Source: Candidatus Dadabacteria bacterium
GTDB lineage: Bacteria; Desulfobacterota_D; UBA1144; Nemesobacterales; CSP1-2
DNA: 64,000 nt
Assembly: GCA_963805855.1 (NCBI GenBank)
Contig: CAWDVW010000002.1
Location: 64,001 to 128,000 of the forward strand
Direction of reading: 5' to 3'
Positions 53,155 to 62,425 of this stretch are shown piece after piece. The stretch's first letter is position 1. Each line of letters opens with the position of its first letter. The translations under genes and the position numbers were made by a program. The notes under the pieces are model-generated. The model ran no database searches. It saw only the letters and a list, made by a program, of their open reading frames with translations, and was not told the DNA's origin.

Positions 53155-53370
53155 TACGGTTCCCTCCTTATTTTTTTCCTTTTAATTATAAGAAGGGAAC
53201 CGTTGTACCTAACCCCTTTTTAACATAATTCCTCAGTGTGAACGACTTCATTTGTTGCATTATTAATTGATAGGCAGGGTTTTCTAACCCCGCTCCCAGC
53301 CTGACCCGCAGTTCGGCGAGAATCGTATTTTGATGCCTGATCGGGGAACAGGCACTACACTCACTTAAAT

Positions 53371-54642
53371 TTATGAATTTTCGTCTTTTTCAGTTTTAAT
53401 TAGTTTCAATGCTTCATCACCCTCTTCGGGGGCAATCGGCAATCCTTGTTTGATTCTGGCATTTTCTATCTTTTCCAATGGGCTTTCGAGCTGCCTCCTT
53501 CGAGTGGTCATAAGGTTCTCGTATTCCTTCAAAGCATCCCCGATCCTCTTACCAAGCATTTCTAGTCGATAAAGGAATTCATCCCACTGTTTCTTGAAAC
53601 GCCCAAATAGGGATAGCAATTCCGCAGATGTTCTCTCAAGGGCAAAATTATCAACAGCCTGTCTGATGACTGCTAAAACAGTGATAAAATTAATCGGGGA
53701 GCAGAGTACGACCTTATTTCTTAAAGCGTTATCAAAAATCGTGCTATCCTGCTCATGGATAAAACCATAGATCTGCTCATTGGGAATAAATAGGATCACG
53801 CAGTCGACAGTGTTTTGTTCAGGATCAATATACTCGCGGGTTGTCACTTCTTTGATCCGCGCCCTCACATCTCTTAAGAAATCATTTCTGAATTTTAATC
53901 TTTCAGTGTCTGACGCTGCTTCTAAAAACTTCATGTAGTTATCTAAAGGGAATTTAACATCCATGTTAAGTCTCAGGCCCCTGGGCAAAAGGAAGGTGAA
54001 ATCCGGTCTCGATCCCCCACCCTCTATGGACTTTTGCTTTAAATAATTAACATTCTCGATAAAGCCCGCTAAATTTAACACGTCCTCCGCCATACGCTCA
54101 CCCCATTGGCCCCTTGCCTTTGAACTGGCAAGCGCCTCACGAATTGTACTTGTCACTTTCATTAATGAAGTAGTCTGCTCACTTGCCGTTTTTAGCTGAC
54201 TGGCGAGCTCACCAAACTTCTCAACCCGATCCTTCTCGAGATCCTTCATCAGCGTCGAAACATTTTCAAGCTCCTTTGACATACGTTGCAATTGCTGATC
54301 GATCAATCCTTTCTTCGCATCCAATTCCTTAACAGTCGTCTCGCGTTCAGGCTCCAATGTCGCCTTGGCTAATTTCAGGAATTCTTCGGTCGATTTCGAC
54401 AATGCATCTAAAGATAAACTGCCAAAACTAGCCTTTATATTTTCGATAACAGTATTCAAGTTCTCCCGTCGTTGACCCTCACTTTCAGCATACAGCTCTT
54501 CCGCGAGTTCCTTTCCAGTCTTAGCCTGTATCACCCTCAGAATTAAGGCTAGGCCAAAACCTATAAGAATGCCGACTACAACCGCAATAAGGATTGGTAG
54601 CCAATTAATAAGATCTCCAGATAACTTAGCTACATCTAGCAT
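53371..54642 (-). CDS. rmuC: DNA recombination protein RmuC
   Basis: N-terminal TM, coiled coil, RGQWGE, RPD, DVKFPL, LFIPNE. Confidence 0.93.
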   Translation of the reverse strand: MLDVAKLSGDLINWLPILIAVVVGILIGFGLALILRVIQAKTGKELAEELYAESEGQRRENLNTVIENIKASFGSLSLDALSKSTEEFLKLAKATLEPERETTVKELDAKKGLIDQQLQRMSKELENVSTLMKDLEKDRVEKFGELASQLKTASEQTTSLMKVTSTIREALASSKARGQWGERMAEDVLNLAGFIENVNYLKQKSIEGGGSRPDFTFLLPRGLRLNMDVKFPLDNYMKFLEAASDTERLKFRNDFLRDVRARIKEVTTREYIDPEQNTVDCVILFIPNEQIYGFIHEQDSTIFDNALRNKVVLCSPINFITVLAVIRQAVDNFALERTSAELLSLFGRFKKQWDEFLYRLEMLGKRIGDALKEYENLMTTRRRQLESPLEKIENARIKQGLPIAPEEGDEALKLIKTEKDENS

Positions 54643-54737
54643 TTAGCCACTTTCTAAAAATAAGTTATTTCTCACAAAAAAGGGTAATTAATCAATTCAA
54701 CCCAATGTAAAGATTTAGAGTTTTAGGAATATTTATA

Positions 54738-55295
54738 TCAGGCTGACGCTAGTGGAAAACCAAAAACCCGAAATAGCAATAGGACCACCAACAATTGAAT
54801 AATCCAGCCTATGACACAGACCCCCACAGCCCTTAAAGTACTCTTGTAATCCAGGGCCTGCCTAACCGCTATAACCATTGCGACAAGCATCCATATTCCT
54901 CCTATAGCAAACACGATCGTTCCTATCAATGGTATGATACCCAATACCCTTATAAGGCCAGGAGAACTAGCGAATCCAATGGTTCTAAGAAGCTCACCAT
55001 AGTCAGATTTCGTCTCCGGTTCCGGCATTAATCTGGTGCCGATATAGAAGGTTAGAAACGCCCATACAAGCCAACCAATAAGTGCGGCGACGGTCACGAA
55101 CACCAAACCGGAAATCCCATTGGTACCAATGGACCCAATACCAGCAGCAACGCTTGACAGAATAACAACGGTTGCCGCCTGCCCCATAGAATCCTTATCG
55201 GCCTCTACTTCTTCGTAAATATTAGGGTCCAACAGGGCAGATTTTATTATACGATCCTTAAAACTAGACATTCGGTCACCCTCCTTTAATATCAA
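54738..55295 (-). CDS. YIP1-like membrane protein
   Basis: YEEVEAD, LLRTIGFASSPG, AVRQALD; five hydrophobic helices; real start may be MSSFKD. Confidence 0.75.
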   Translation of the reverse strand: MILKEGDRMSSFKDRIIKSALLDPNIYEEVEADKDSMGQAATVVILSSVAAGIGSIGTNGISGLVFVTVAALIGWLVWAFLTFYIGTRLMPEPETKSDYGELLRTIGFASSPGLIRVLGIIPLIGTIVFAIGGIWMLVAMVIAVRQALDYKSTLRAVGVCVIGWIIQLLVVLLLFRVFGFPLASA

Positions 55296-55525
55296 TCTTC
55301 CTCTAAGGAAATTATATTATTTTCAATATTAAAACAAGAACTTATACTAAGAATGACGCAGAGTTTGAGTAATTAATCATTGAATGAATCACAAAAAGTA
55401 TTTACAAATTGCAAGCGTCACTTTAATATGAATTCTACAATGTCGGCCAATCTGTGTCCAGTAAAACGATCGATTTTATGGCAGTCCCTTTTGCTAAAGA
55501 AGGCATCGTCTGAATGGATAGCACC

Positions 55526-57157
55526 TTAATTAGTTTTGCGAAACAATCTATTATTTTCCCTTAACAAGTTCAACACCGGGGGGAAAATTTCTTTTTTATA
55601 TCCACTCATCAATGAAATCTGAATCCAGTTCCTTTTCATTAGGTACCGACTTCTGTAGCTTAAAAGATATCCTTTCTCTTCGAGAAGTCGCCCCAAGTTC
55701 TCTGAACTAATCCAACGTGGCAAATCGATAGTAATCAGGGCAGGAGAGGAATGCTCATCCGCGGCTAAAATATTGAAACCAATCTTTCGTAACTCACCTC
55801 TAAGCCAAGATGAGATTTTTTCTAATTCTCTGTATCTATCTTCTGAGTCGAATCTCTCGAGTGCTTTCTTAAGCGCGGATATCAAGTTCGAAGATATTGT
55901 AAAAGGAATACCTTCTGAAATTGAATATAGGCCAATGTCAAGGTATCTCGGTATGTCTTTCGAAAGTGGGAGTATCTCGTGATTATAAAAAACCATCGAC
56001 AAGCCCGGGAAAGCCCCGAGTCCTTTCCCACTGACTCCTGATGCAAGGTAAATACCATTTAGATCGATCGGTATCGTTCCTATGGAGCTAACGCAATCCA
56101 AACAGAGACGTATACCCCTATCGAGGCATAGTGATTTCAACATCTCTAAATCATTTAGAATCCCTGTTGATGTCTCACAGTGGACAGCCCATAACCACTG
56201 GATATCGGGCTCTTGATCCAACAATCTAAAAATTTGATCGCGATCGAAAGCCATTCCCCAGTCAATCTCAAGAGTCCTGAAATGAAGCCCAAACCGACGC
56301 GCATGATCTATTAACCTGTTTCCGAATTCACCATTACTAAGAACCAAACCCGTCTTCAAATTTGAAGACAACTGTGCAGCTATACAATCATTTGCAAGAG
56401 AACCAGACCCCATAAGTATTTCAACGCTACGAGAATGTACTAGGCCGCAAAGAAGGTCCTTCGTTTGTTTAAAATCTTTCACGAAGCTCTCTGAACGATG
56501 TGAAACAGGAATCTCATTAAAGGATTCATGTACAACCTGATCTATATGAACCGGACCCGGAAGTAAATTGACTAAACTCTCGCTTAAGGAATTTTCACGA
56601 AAATCGTCAGAAAAGAGTCTAGTCCGGTTCCTAAATTCTTTATATGCATTAAAAGTGATGTACATGGGTTGAAACATGGCTACATCATTCCCGACCAGCG
56701 GACCAAACGGAACGAAACCGAGATGCTTATAAAGCTTCATTTGATTTAATGTTGCCGAAATAATAGCTAAATCGTATCCATGGGTCTGGACCTCCTCGAT
56801 CAAGGTAGTGAGCAAACCTTTCAGAACATGCCCTCTTCGGTATCCCTTTTCTATCGATAACAATCGAATTTCAACCATAGAACTGCATTCTGGAAGGTAA
56901 GAATCAAGATTCTTCAACTTTTGATCAAGCGAAAAAGGTCTCCTATCCTTGATGGAAACCATAGCTATAAGCCTGTTATCACGCAGACAGATGATGTATT
57001 TATTGTCTCGATGGAATTTGTCTATCAGAGTTCTTTCAGGATTTGCTTCATGCTGCGGTATTTCTTCCACAAAAGTTCTGTAGTTGAGTTTATGTATTTG
57101 CTCAAACTCCCATTCTTCGGTTGCGATCCTGAATATAAGGTGAGGTCTTGGAATCAT
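55526..57157 (-). CDS. GNAT-like acyltransferase fused to a class-V PLP aminotransferase-like domain
   Basis: N-terminal EIRLLSI...RRG...LYKHLGF; C-terminal LLPGPV, NGEFG.R, VHCETSTG, DCVSS, SGKGL. Confidence 0.85.
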   Translation of the reverse strand: MIPRPHLIFRIATEEWEFEQIHKLNYRTFVEEIPQHEANPERTLIDKFHRDNKYIICLRDNRLIAMVSIKDRRPFSLDQKLKNLDSYLPECSSMVEIRLLSIEKGYRRGHVLKGLLTTLIEEVQTHGYDLAIISATLNQMKLYKHLGFVPFGPLVGNDVAMFQPMYITFNAYKEFRNRTRLFSDDFRENSLSESLVNLLPGPVHIDQVVHESFNEIPVSHRSESFVKDFKQTKDLLCGLVHSRSVEILMGSGSLANDCIAAQLSSNLKTGLVLSNGEFGNRLIDHARRFGLHFRTLEIDWGMAFDRDQIFRLLDQEPDIQWLWAVHCETSTGILNDLEMLKSLCLDRGIRLCLDCVSSIGTIPIDLNGIYLASGVSGKGLGAFPGLSMVFYNHEILPLSKDIPRYLDIGLYSISEGIPFTISSNLISALKKALERFDSEDRYRELEKISSWLRGELRKIGFNILAADEHSSPALITIDLPRWISSENLGRLLEEKGYLLSYRSRYLMKRNWIQISLMSGYKKEIFPPVLNLLRENNRLFRKTN

Positions 57158-57181
57158 CTCATAAACATTTCGTAATGGAAT

Positions 57182-57640
57182 TTAGAGAAATCTATTTCTT
57201 ATATCAGCAGAAGGGATGAAACATTCTTTCTTTTTTCCAAACCATCTGTATCTGTTCCGAGCGACTATATTATAAATAAAATCCCTTATTGGAGCAGGTA
57301 TTATAATCAATAGGTATACCAGTGGCCACAGCCCCTTCAACTTCTTACAAAGGCGCAGTACCGCCGTCGACCTTAAGAAAAATCTATCTCCCTCGATCAG
57401 AACAAAGGAATCAAAATCGTCAGTTGAAAGACCAAATTTATTTAAAAAAAACTGGCCAGCGTCGGACTGCAGGGATGTAAATCTGAATATTCCATCCGGA
57501 TCCCCTGAAATGGCGAATCTCACCACCGAGCTGCAGAAGTTGCAAACCCCATCAAACAAAACAATAGGGTTAGGCGCGACCTCTTTGTTCTGGTATCCGT
57601 TGGTTCGAATTTCTTGCATTTGGTTTAGGCAATACCACAA
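57182..57640 (-). CDS. DCC family thiol-disulfide oxidoreductase
   Basis: FDGVCNFC, RD..Y..VARNRYRWFG. Confidence 0.92.
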   Translation of the reverse strand: MWYCLNQMQEIRTNGYQNKEVAPNPIVLFDGVCNFCSSVVRFAISGDPDGIFRFTSLQSDAGQFFLNKFGLSTDDFDSFVLIEGDRFFLRSTAVLRLCKKLKGLWPLVYLLIIIPAPIRDFIYNIVARNRYRWFGKKKECFIPSADIRNRFL

Positions 57641-57826
57641 ATAGTTATCTTATCAGCTGAATTAATAAATAAATAAACCATTAATTACTGAGGCCAGGAA
57701 ATAAAATGCTCATGCAATAGGTATCAAGTAGAAACTGACCGACCCCATGTTACGTGCTCCAGATCATCATAATTATTCTAACACAACATTCGAACTAACT
57801 GCTTCGCGGAAAAGTGCACCCTAAAC

Positions 57827-58600
57827 TTATTGAACAAATTTATAAAACCCTTGAGTATCAGGAAGTTTAATATTTAACTGTGAAGAGTAATCTACATCGG
57901 CCTTCACATCCTGCGTCTTGCACTCGAGCACGTGCCCGCCCGCTTTTCTATCATCAGTAATAAAGTGAAAATGGTAGCCCGGAACATTTAGTCCGTTAAT
58001 GTACGAGGGGAATCGAAAGCCCACAAGAGTGCCCTTTACGGAACGAAGCTCAAATGAGGTTTCTCCATTCAGAGCTTGGACAAGTGAAGGAAATGGTTCA
58101 TGCTGCTCAGAAATACTACGGGCCTTAACGTTTTCAAATAACCCCGAAACCTTTATTGCATAAAAAATATTTTTCGTTGGAAGAAATTTATCTATGACTT
58201 TCTCTAGTGTGTCGCAATCTAAAGGACTTCTTACATTAATCCTCCTATCTGTATCGAAGTATGTGACCACTGAAAACGGCGTTTTCATTGTATCCTTCAC
58301 TGGATATGCTATCCCATCATCCCTTATTTGATATACCTTACCATCCAGTTCGACCATCTCTCCATCGAGTTTATTAAAGGTTCCTAAGCCAAAGTCCCCG
58401 TTTTTCTTTAACTCTCCGACAGATAAATTTCCCTCGAATCCACCCTCCGAAAGAGCGGTAATTGTTGAAGCTTGAAATATTGTATCTTTATCTCTATGGA
58501 TATTTTTCTCGCCGTCACTCGAACAACCATAACATACTGAAATAATCACTATTACTAATGAAACTACTCGACTAGATAACTTGTCCAATGCGCCATTCAC
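57827..58600 (-). CDS. budA: Alpha-acetolactate decarboxylase with lipoprotein-like N-terminus
   Basis: GDFGLGTF..LDGEM, TPF, GYHFHF, GGHV. Confidence 0.9.
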   Translation of the reverse strand: MNGALDKLSSRVVSLVIVIISVCYGCSSDGEKNIHRDKDTIFQASTITALSEGGFEGNLSVGELKKNGDFGLGTFNKLDGEMVELDGKVYQIRDDGIAYPVKDTMKTPFSVVTYFDTDRRINVRSPLDCDTLEKVIDKFLPTKNIFYAIKVSGLFENVKARSISEQHEPFPSLVQALNGETSFELRSVKGTLVGFRFPSYINGLNVPGYHFHFITDDRKAGGHVLECKTQDVKADVDYSSQLNIKLPDTQGFYKFVQ

Positions 58601-58628
58601 ATTATTTTAAAATGTTTCGTTACTAAGC

Positions 58629-59246
58629 CTAATCTTCTATTCTCTCCACAATATTTCTGATGTGCTTCTCTATTCCGGAAAGGTAGTCAAGCATTGCTAG
58701 ATAAGACGAAGAAGCCTTGGGCATACACACACCTTCGATCATACGATCGTAATGGGATAGGGAATATTCGCCTATAATTTCTTGAAATTTTCTCCCTTCC
58801 TCTCTGACGTTAACTAACTTTTCCTTATCATTTGTTTTCAATGCATCGCCAGCGGATTGAAGGATCTCAATAACCTGATCAAACAATGTGTTTATCTCTT
58901 TAATTGCCCTGTCACTAAAGCATACGCCCTCTTTTATGATTGTTGAACTGCATCTTGAAAGCAGCTCAATATTGTCTCCAATTCTCTCAAGGTGAGATGG
59001 AATATGACCCATGCCTATGTGATCATTCACATCCTCTCCACTGGAATATCTTGTCATTATTGACTGTGTGAGGATCTTTTCTTGTTCATGCAGCTCCTTA
59101 CCAATCTTCTCAGCCTTATAAAGTAGTTCTTCATCCAGCTTTTTGAACCCTTCCCAGCTAAATACAAACATCTCCTTAGCTAGGTCGAACATTCTTGAAA
59201 TCTCTTTATCAATATCGACATCTGATAATGTAGCCTCTTTTTCCAT
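58629..59246 (-). CDS. PhoU-domain protein
   Basis: HLERIGD; H..R...G.C motif as in Na/Pi cotransporter C-terminal domains. Confidence 0.8.
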   Translation of the reverse strand: MEKEATLSDVDIDKEISRMFDLAKEMFVFSWEGFKKLDEELLYKAEKIGKELHEQEKILTQSIMTRYSSGEDVNDHIGMGHIPSHLERIGDNIELLSRCSSTIIKEGVCFSDRAIKEINTLFDQVIEILQSAGDALKTNDKEKLVNVREEGRKFQEIIGEYSLSHYDRMIEGVCMPKASSSYLAMLDYLSGIEKHIRNIVERIED

Positions 59247-59424
59247 TGATTCTCCCCTCCTACTATGGATGTGTAGGAAAACCGTACCTGAATTATTATT
59301 ACACCAAACAATTTGGAATGTAAGTAGTTAGATACACAAAGATCATCACTTTTTACGAATAACCGTGCAACAAGCTGCCGGGTATCTTTAAATTAAAATA
59401 GTCCTTGTAGGCATTTGTGAGGAG

Positions 59425-59765
59425 CCCTGAGCTCAGCCGAGGGAGGCGAAGCAACAAAAAAGAAAAAAACGAGATCGCTACGCGAAGCCTGAACTGAGTC
59501 AATCTAAGTGCTCGCGATGTGTAGATGTTAGATATTTCGTGGACAAAATCCAAAAAATAATAAAATTCCTGGAAATTTACTCATCCGTCATCCTCGAATG
59601 TCATTATCGGGGATCCATGGTTTAATTTTTTATTTTCTTTGTCTTGATACAAAGAAACAAAAATCAAGGGCTTACAAAAAACGCTTGCGTATCGAGCGAA
59701 TGCGAGATATCTATTGCTATAATTAATTAGTTCCCTCAGTCACTTTGTTCCTTCGAGATGACAGT
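59425..59765. repeat. Patch of degenerate palindromic repeats
   Basis: CCTGAGCTCAGCCGAGGG, GTCATCCTCGA..TCGGGGATCCA, TTTCTTTGTCTTGATACAAAGAAA, TTCGAGATGAC. Confidence 0.55.
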
Positions 59766-59962
59766 AATGATTGTCACTTTTTTTAACGCTTCCGGAATTG
59801 ATTTTGGCAATTTTTTGAATGCCCATTTAAAATCTAAGATACTTTCCCCGAATTATCTAACATCTAAAGCGACAGGTACGAACAAATTGTTTTGCGGAGT
59901 TAACACCGATTTATAGAATAATTACAAATAATTTCGTAAATGATTAACGGCAGGTCCAAAAT

Positions 59963-60781
59963 TCAGTCGACTCGTACCAGCTTGATCTCATATATCTTTG
60001 GCCATAGCTTTCCGGTCACAAACAATCGATCACCCTTATCGTCGTAAGCAATTCCATTTAAAACTTGATCGCCTCTCCTGGAACCGAAATCATCGGAGAG
60101 GCCTCTCAAATCTATCCATCCCATTACTTTTCCGCTCTCGGGTGATATCCTTGCGATAATGTCAGTCAACCAGACATTCGCATATATCTCGCCGTTAACA
60201 TATTCCAATTCATTTAGTCTGGTAACCGGTCGGCCTTCATATGTCACCTTTATCCTATTTAACTCATTATGTGTTATTGGATCCAGAAAGTATAAGGTGT
60301 CTGAGCCATCACTCATTATTAAGTACTTACCATCATCCGTAATACCCCAACCCTCAGTCGTATAGCTAAACTTATTAACTAGTGAAAATTTTTCTTTATC
60401 ATATACAAAACCAACATTTGATCTCCAGGTCAATTGAGTTATCTTGTCGCCATGAATTGTCAGTCCTTCGCCGAAATAACGATTTGGCAAATTATGACTC
60501 TTCAATATACGACCGGTTTCCAGCTCGACCTTTCGTAGTGACGACCTTCCGTGCAAACCCGTTCCTTCATACATAAATCCATCTTCGTATACCAATCCCT
60601 GGGTAAAGGCTTCGGGATCATGCGGATACGAATTAACTATCTTATACCCGTAAACCGGGACGTCATCGGTGGACTCATTTTTATTCGAACCTGCAATGCC
60701 TACCGACCCACGAATGTTTGAGAAAGAACAGAAAAAGAATCCAAGTGTTATTAATCCAATCAATGAAAAAGGGCGATTCAT
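59963..60781 (-). CDS. Glutaminyl-peptide cyclotransferase (beta-propeller type)
   Basis: PHD..AFTQGL, FGEG, EGWG, SDGS, LNELE, VLNGIA, TGK.WP. Confidence 0.93.
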   Translation of the reverse strand: MNRPFSLIGLITLGFFFCSFSNIRGSVGIAGSNKNESTDDVPVYGYKIVNSYPHDPEAFTQGLVYEDGFMYEGTGLHGRSSLRKVELETGRILKSHNLPNRYFGEGLTIHGDKITQLTWRSNVGFVYDKEKFSLVNKFSYTTEGWGITDDGKYLIMSDGSDTLYFLDPITHNELNRIKVTYEGRPVTRLNELEYVNGEIYANVWLTDIIARISPESGKVMGWIDLRGLSDDFGSRRGDQVLNGIAYDDKGDRLFVTGKLWPKIYEIKLVRVD

Positions 60782-60857
60782 GAAATTATTCCTAAAACGT
60801 TTTTCAACAGCCGATAGTAGACCGGGACTGGAAATAGTATAAAACTCCTTTGATTTT

Positions 60858-61391
60858 CTAACGAAGGGGAGCCCTCAGAAGGCTTATATCATCAACCCAG
60901 ACCGTACCCGAGCCGTCGATTACAAGATTTAGTTTTACATAATCTGGTTTTTCCCCTTTTTTCAAAAAGAATGGAGTCTCCTCAGTCGTCCAATCTGTTG
61001 TCCCTGTGAGCGGGGTTGTTAGTCCGCGGGAGAAAAATTCTCCCTTTCCTGGAAAGTGGCACCACATCTCCAGGTAGGCCTTTCCATCCACATTTTCTGT
61101 CTTGAGTTTAGCCCGATAAATAAGGGTCGCGCTCTCCACATCAATGTCATCAATCTCAAAAAGCCTCACTACGGTAGGTTTTGCGGCAGTAATTTTTAGA
61201 GAACCCTTTCCATCACTCGAAACTTTGCTGTCAATCTGCACCCCTGATTTCGTAATTACATCATCCAGTGTATCAATGGGAAATTGCTTTATCATTTTAA
61301 TTTCATCTGAAGAATTTGAATGACAGGAAATAAAGAGGGCTACCAATAAAAAAAACACAACGCGCTTGATTCTCACTGACTTATCCTCCAT
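60858..61391 (-). CDS. Hypothetical lipoprotein, jelly-roll/CBM-like
   Basis: LFISC lipobox-like; GTTDW...GTVWVDDI. Confidence 0.65.
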   Translation of the reverse strand: MEDKSVRIKRVVFFLLVALFISCHSNSSDEIKMIKQFPIDTLDDVITKSGVQIDSKVSSDGKGSLKITAAKPTVVRLFEIDDIDVESATLIYRAKLKTENVDGKAYLEMWCHFPGKGEFFSRGLTTPLTGTTDWTTEETPFFLKKGEKPDYVKLNLVIDGSGTVWVDDISLLRAPLR

Positions 61392-61496
61392 TTCTCATGA
61401 ACCATCATCCATACATGATAGCTCTTCGATCTTTTATTGCAATGCTGTTTATGTTGAAGCGCCTCGAAGTCATTGCGTCGCGGTGGTTATCCCTGT

Positions 61497-62255
61497 TCAA
61501 CGGCGAGTTGCAGCAAATAATATTCTGCGATATGGGAAAAAAATCGGACCCTTCGGCCACTTCTCCAAAAGTCTTTTTCTGTATAATGCAGTAAAGCTTT
61601 CATGTATCTCCTTCGGCAAACGACCAAGATAAGGAACCAACACCGACCCGCGCATCCAATCTATAACGGCATCAACATCATTCAGAACATGAGGATATAC
61701 CTTTTCATAGATAACAATATTCGTTCCTCCATTTTTGAAAAGTAACTCAGCATACTCATTAATCGAGAGGACTGGAGAAGTTCTGACCCATCCTTTAAGC
61801 GCTTTTCTAAATGGTTCATACTCAGCTATCGCTTTGAGAAGTGTTTGAGTCGGATGATGATGGTTTGAAGGAACCTGGACGACTAGTTGGCCACCTATTT
61901 TTACCTTAGAGAATAGTCTTGTTACTAAATCATAATGGTTATCAATCCAATGCAGGGCTGAATTAGAGAAAATCAGATCCCACTGGCCTTCTATTCCATC
62001 TATTGAACATAGTTTAAAGCGCAGCCCAGGCCTTTCCCTTATCTTAGCCATTTGCAACATCTCTCTAGAAGAATCTATGCCAACCACACTGCTTCCTGGT
62101 AATTTATTTACCAACTTTTCCGTTATTTCACCAGTGCCGCAACCCAGATCTATAACGCTTATACCTTCCCGTATTTTCACCAGCTTTAATAGATCCCTAA
62201 ACGGCTCCATTCTCTGTTTTCGGAACTTATTGTAACAATCTGGATCCCATTTCAC
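61497..62255 (-). CDS. tam: Trans-aconitate 2-methyltransferase-like SAM methyltransferase
   Basis: WDP..Y..F...R..P, DLGCGTG, SNSALHW. Confidence 0.85.
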   Translation of the reverse strand: MKWDPDCYNKFRKQRMEPFRDLLKLVKIREGISVIDLGCGTGEITEKLVNKLPGSSVVGIDSSREMLQMAKIRERPGLRFKLCSIDGIEGQWDLIFSNSALHWIDNHYDLVTRLFSKVKIGGQLVVQVPSNHHHPTQTLLKAIAEYEPFRKALKGWVRTSPVLSINEYAELLFKNGGTNIVIYEKVYPHVLNDVDAVIDWMRGSVLVPYLGRLPKEIHESFTALYRKRLLEKWPKGPIFFPYRRILFAATRR

Positions 62256-62425
62256 GTTTGCGTACCACTACTGTGTTTGGCAATTTTCTTCGGATAATAA
62301 GGGGGGCAGTCGGGACAATAAAAGAATTCTAACATTACCTCCATCAAAATCTGAAGCCCTCAATTGAACATTGATACGTGAAAATATGTGAAAAATACAC
62401 GTTGGATAAAAATTGATTAAATTCA

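Larger units (their letters stand above)
51810..53233 (-). mobile_element. IS110-family element, IS1111-like
   Basis: CT core at both ends (51810-11 and 53232-33); sub-terminal IR TTATGTAAAAAG / CTTTTTAACATAA; the empty site restores the repeat CTTCGACAGG-CT-CAGTG. Confidence 0.9.
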
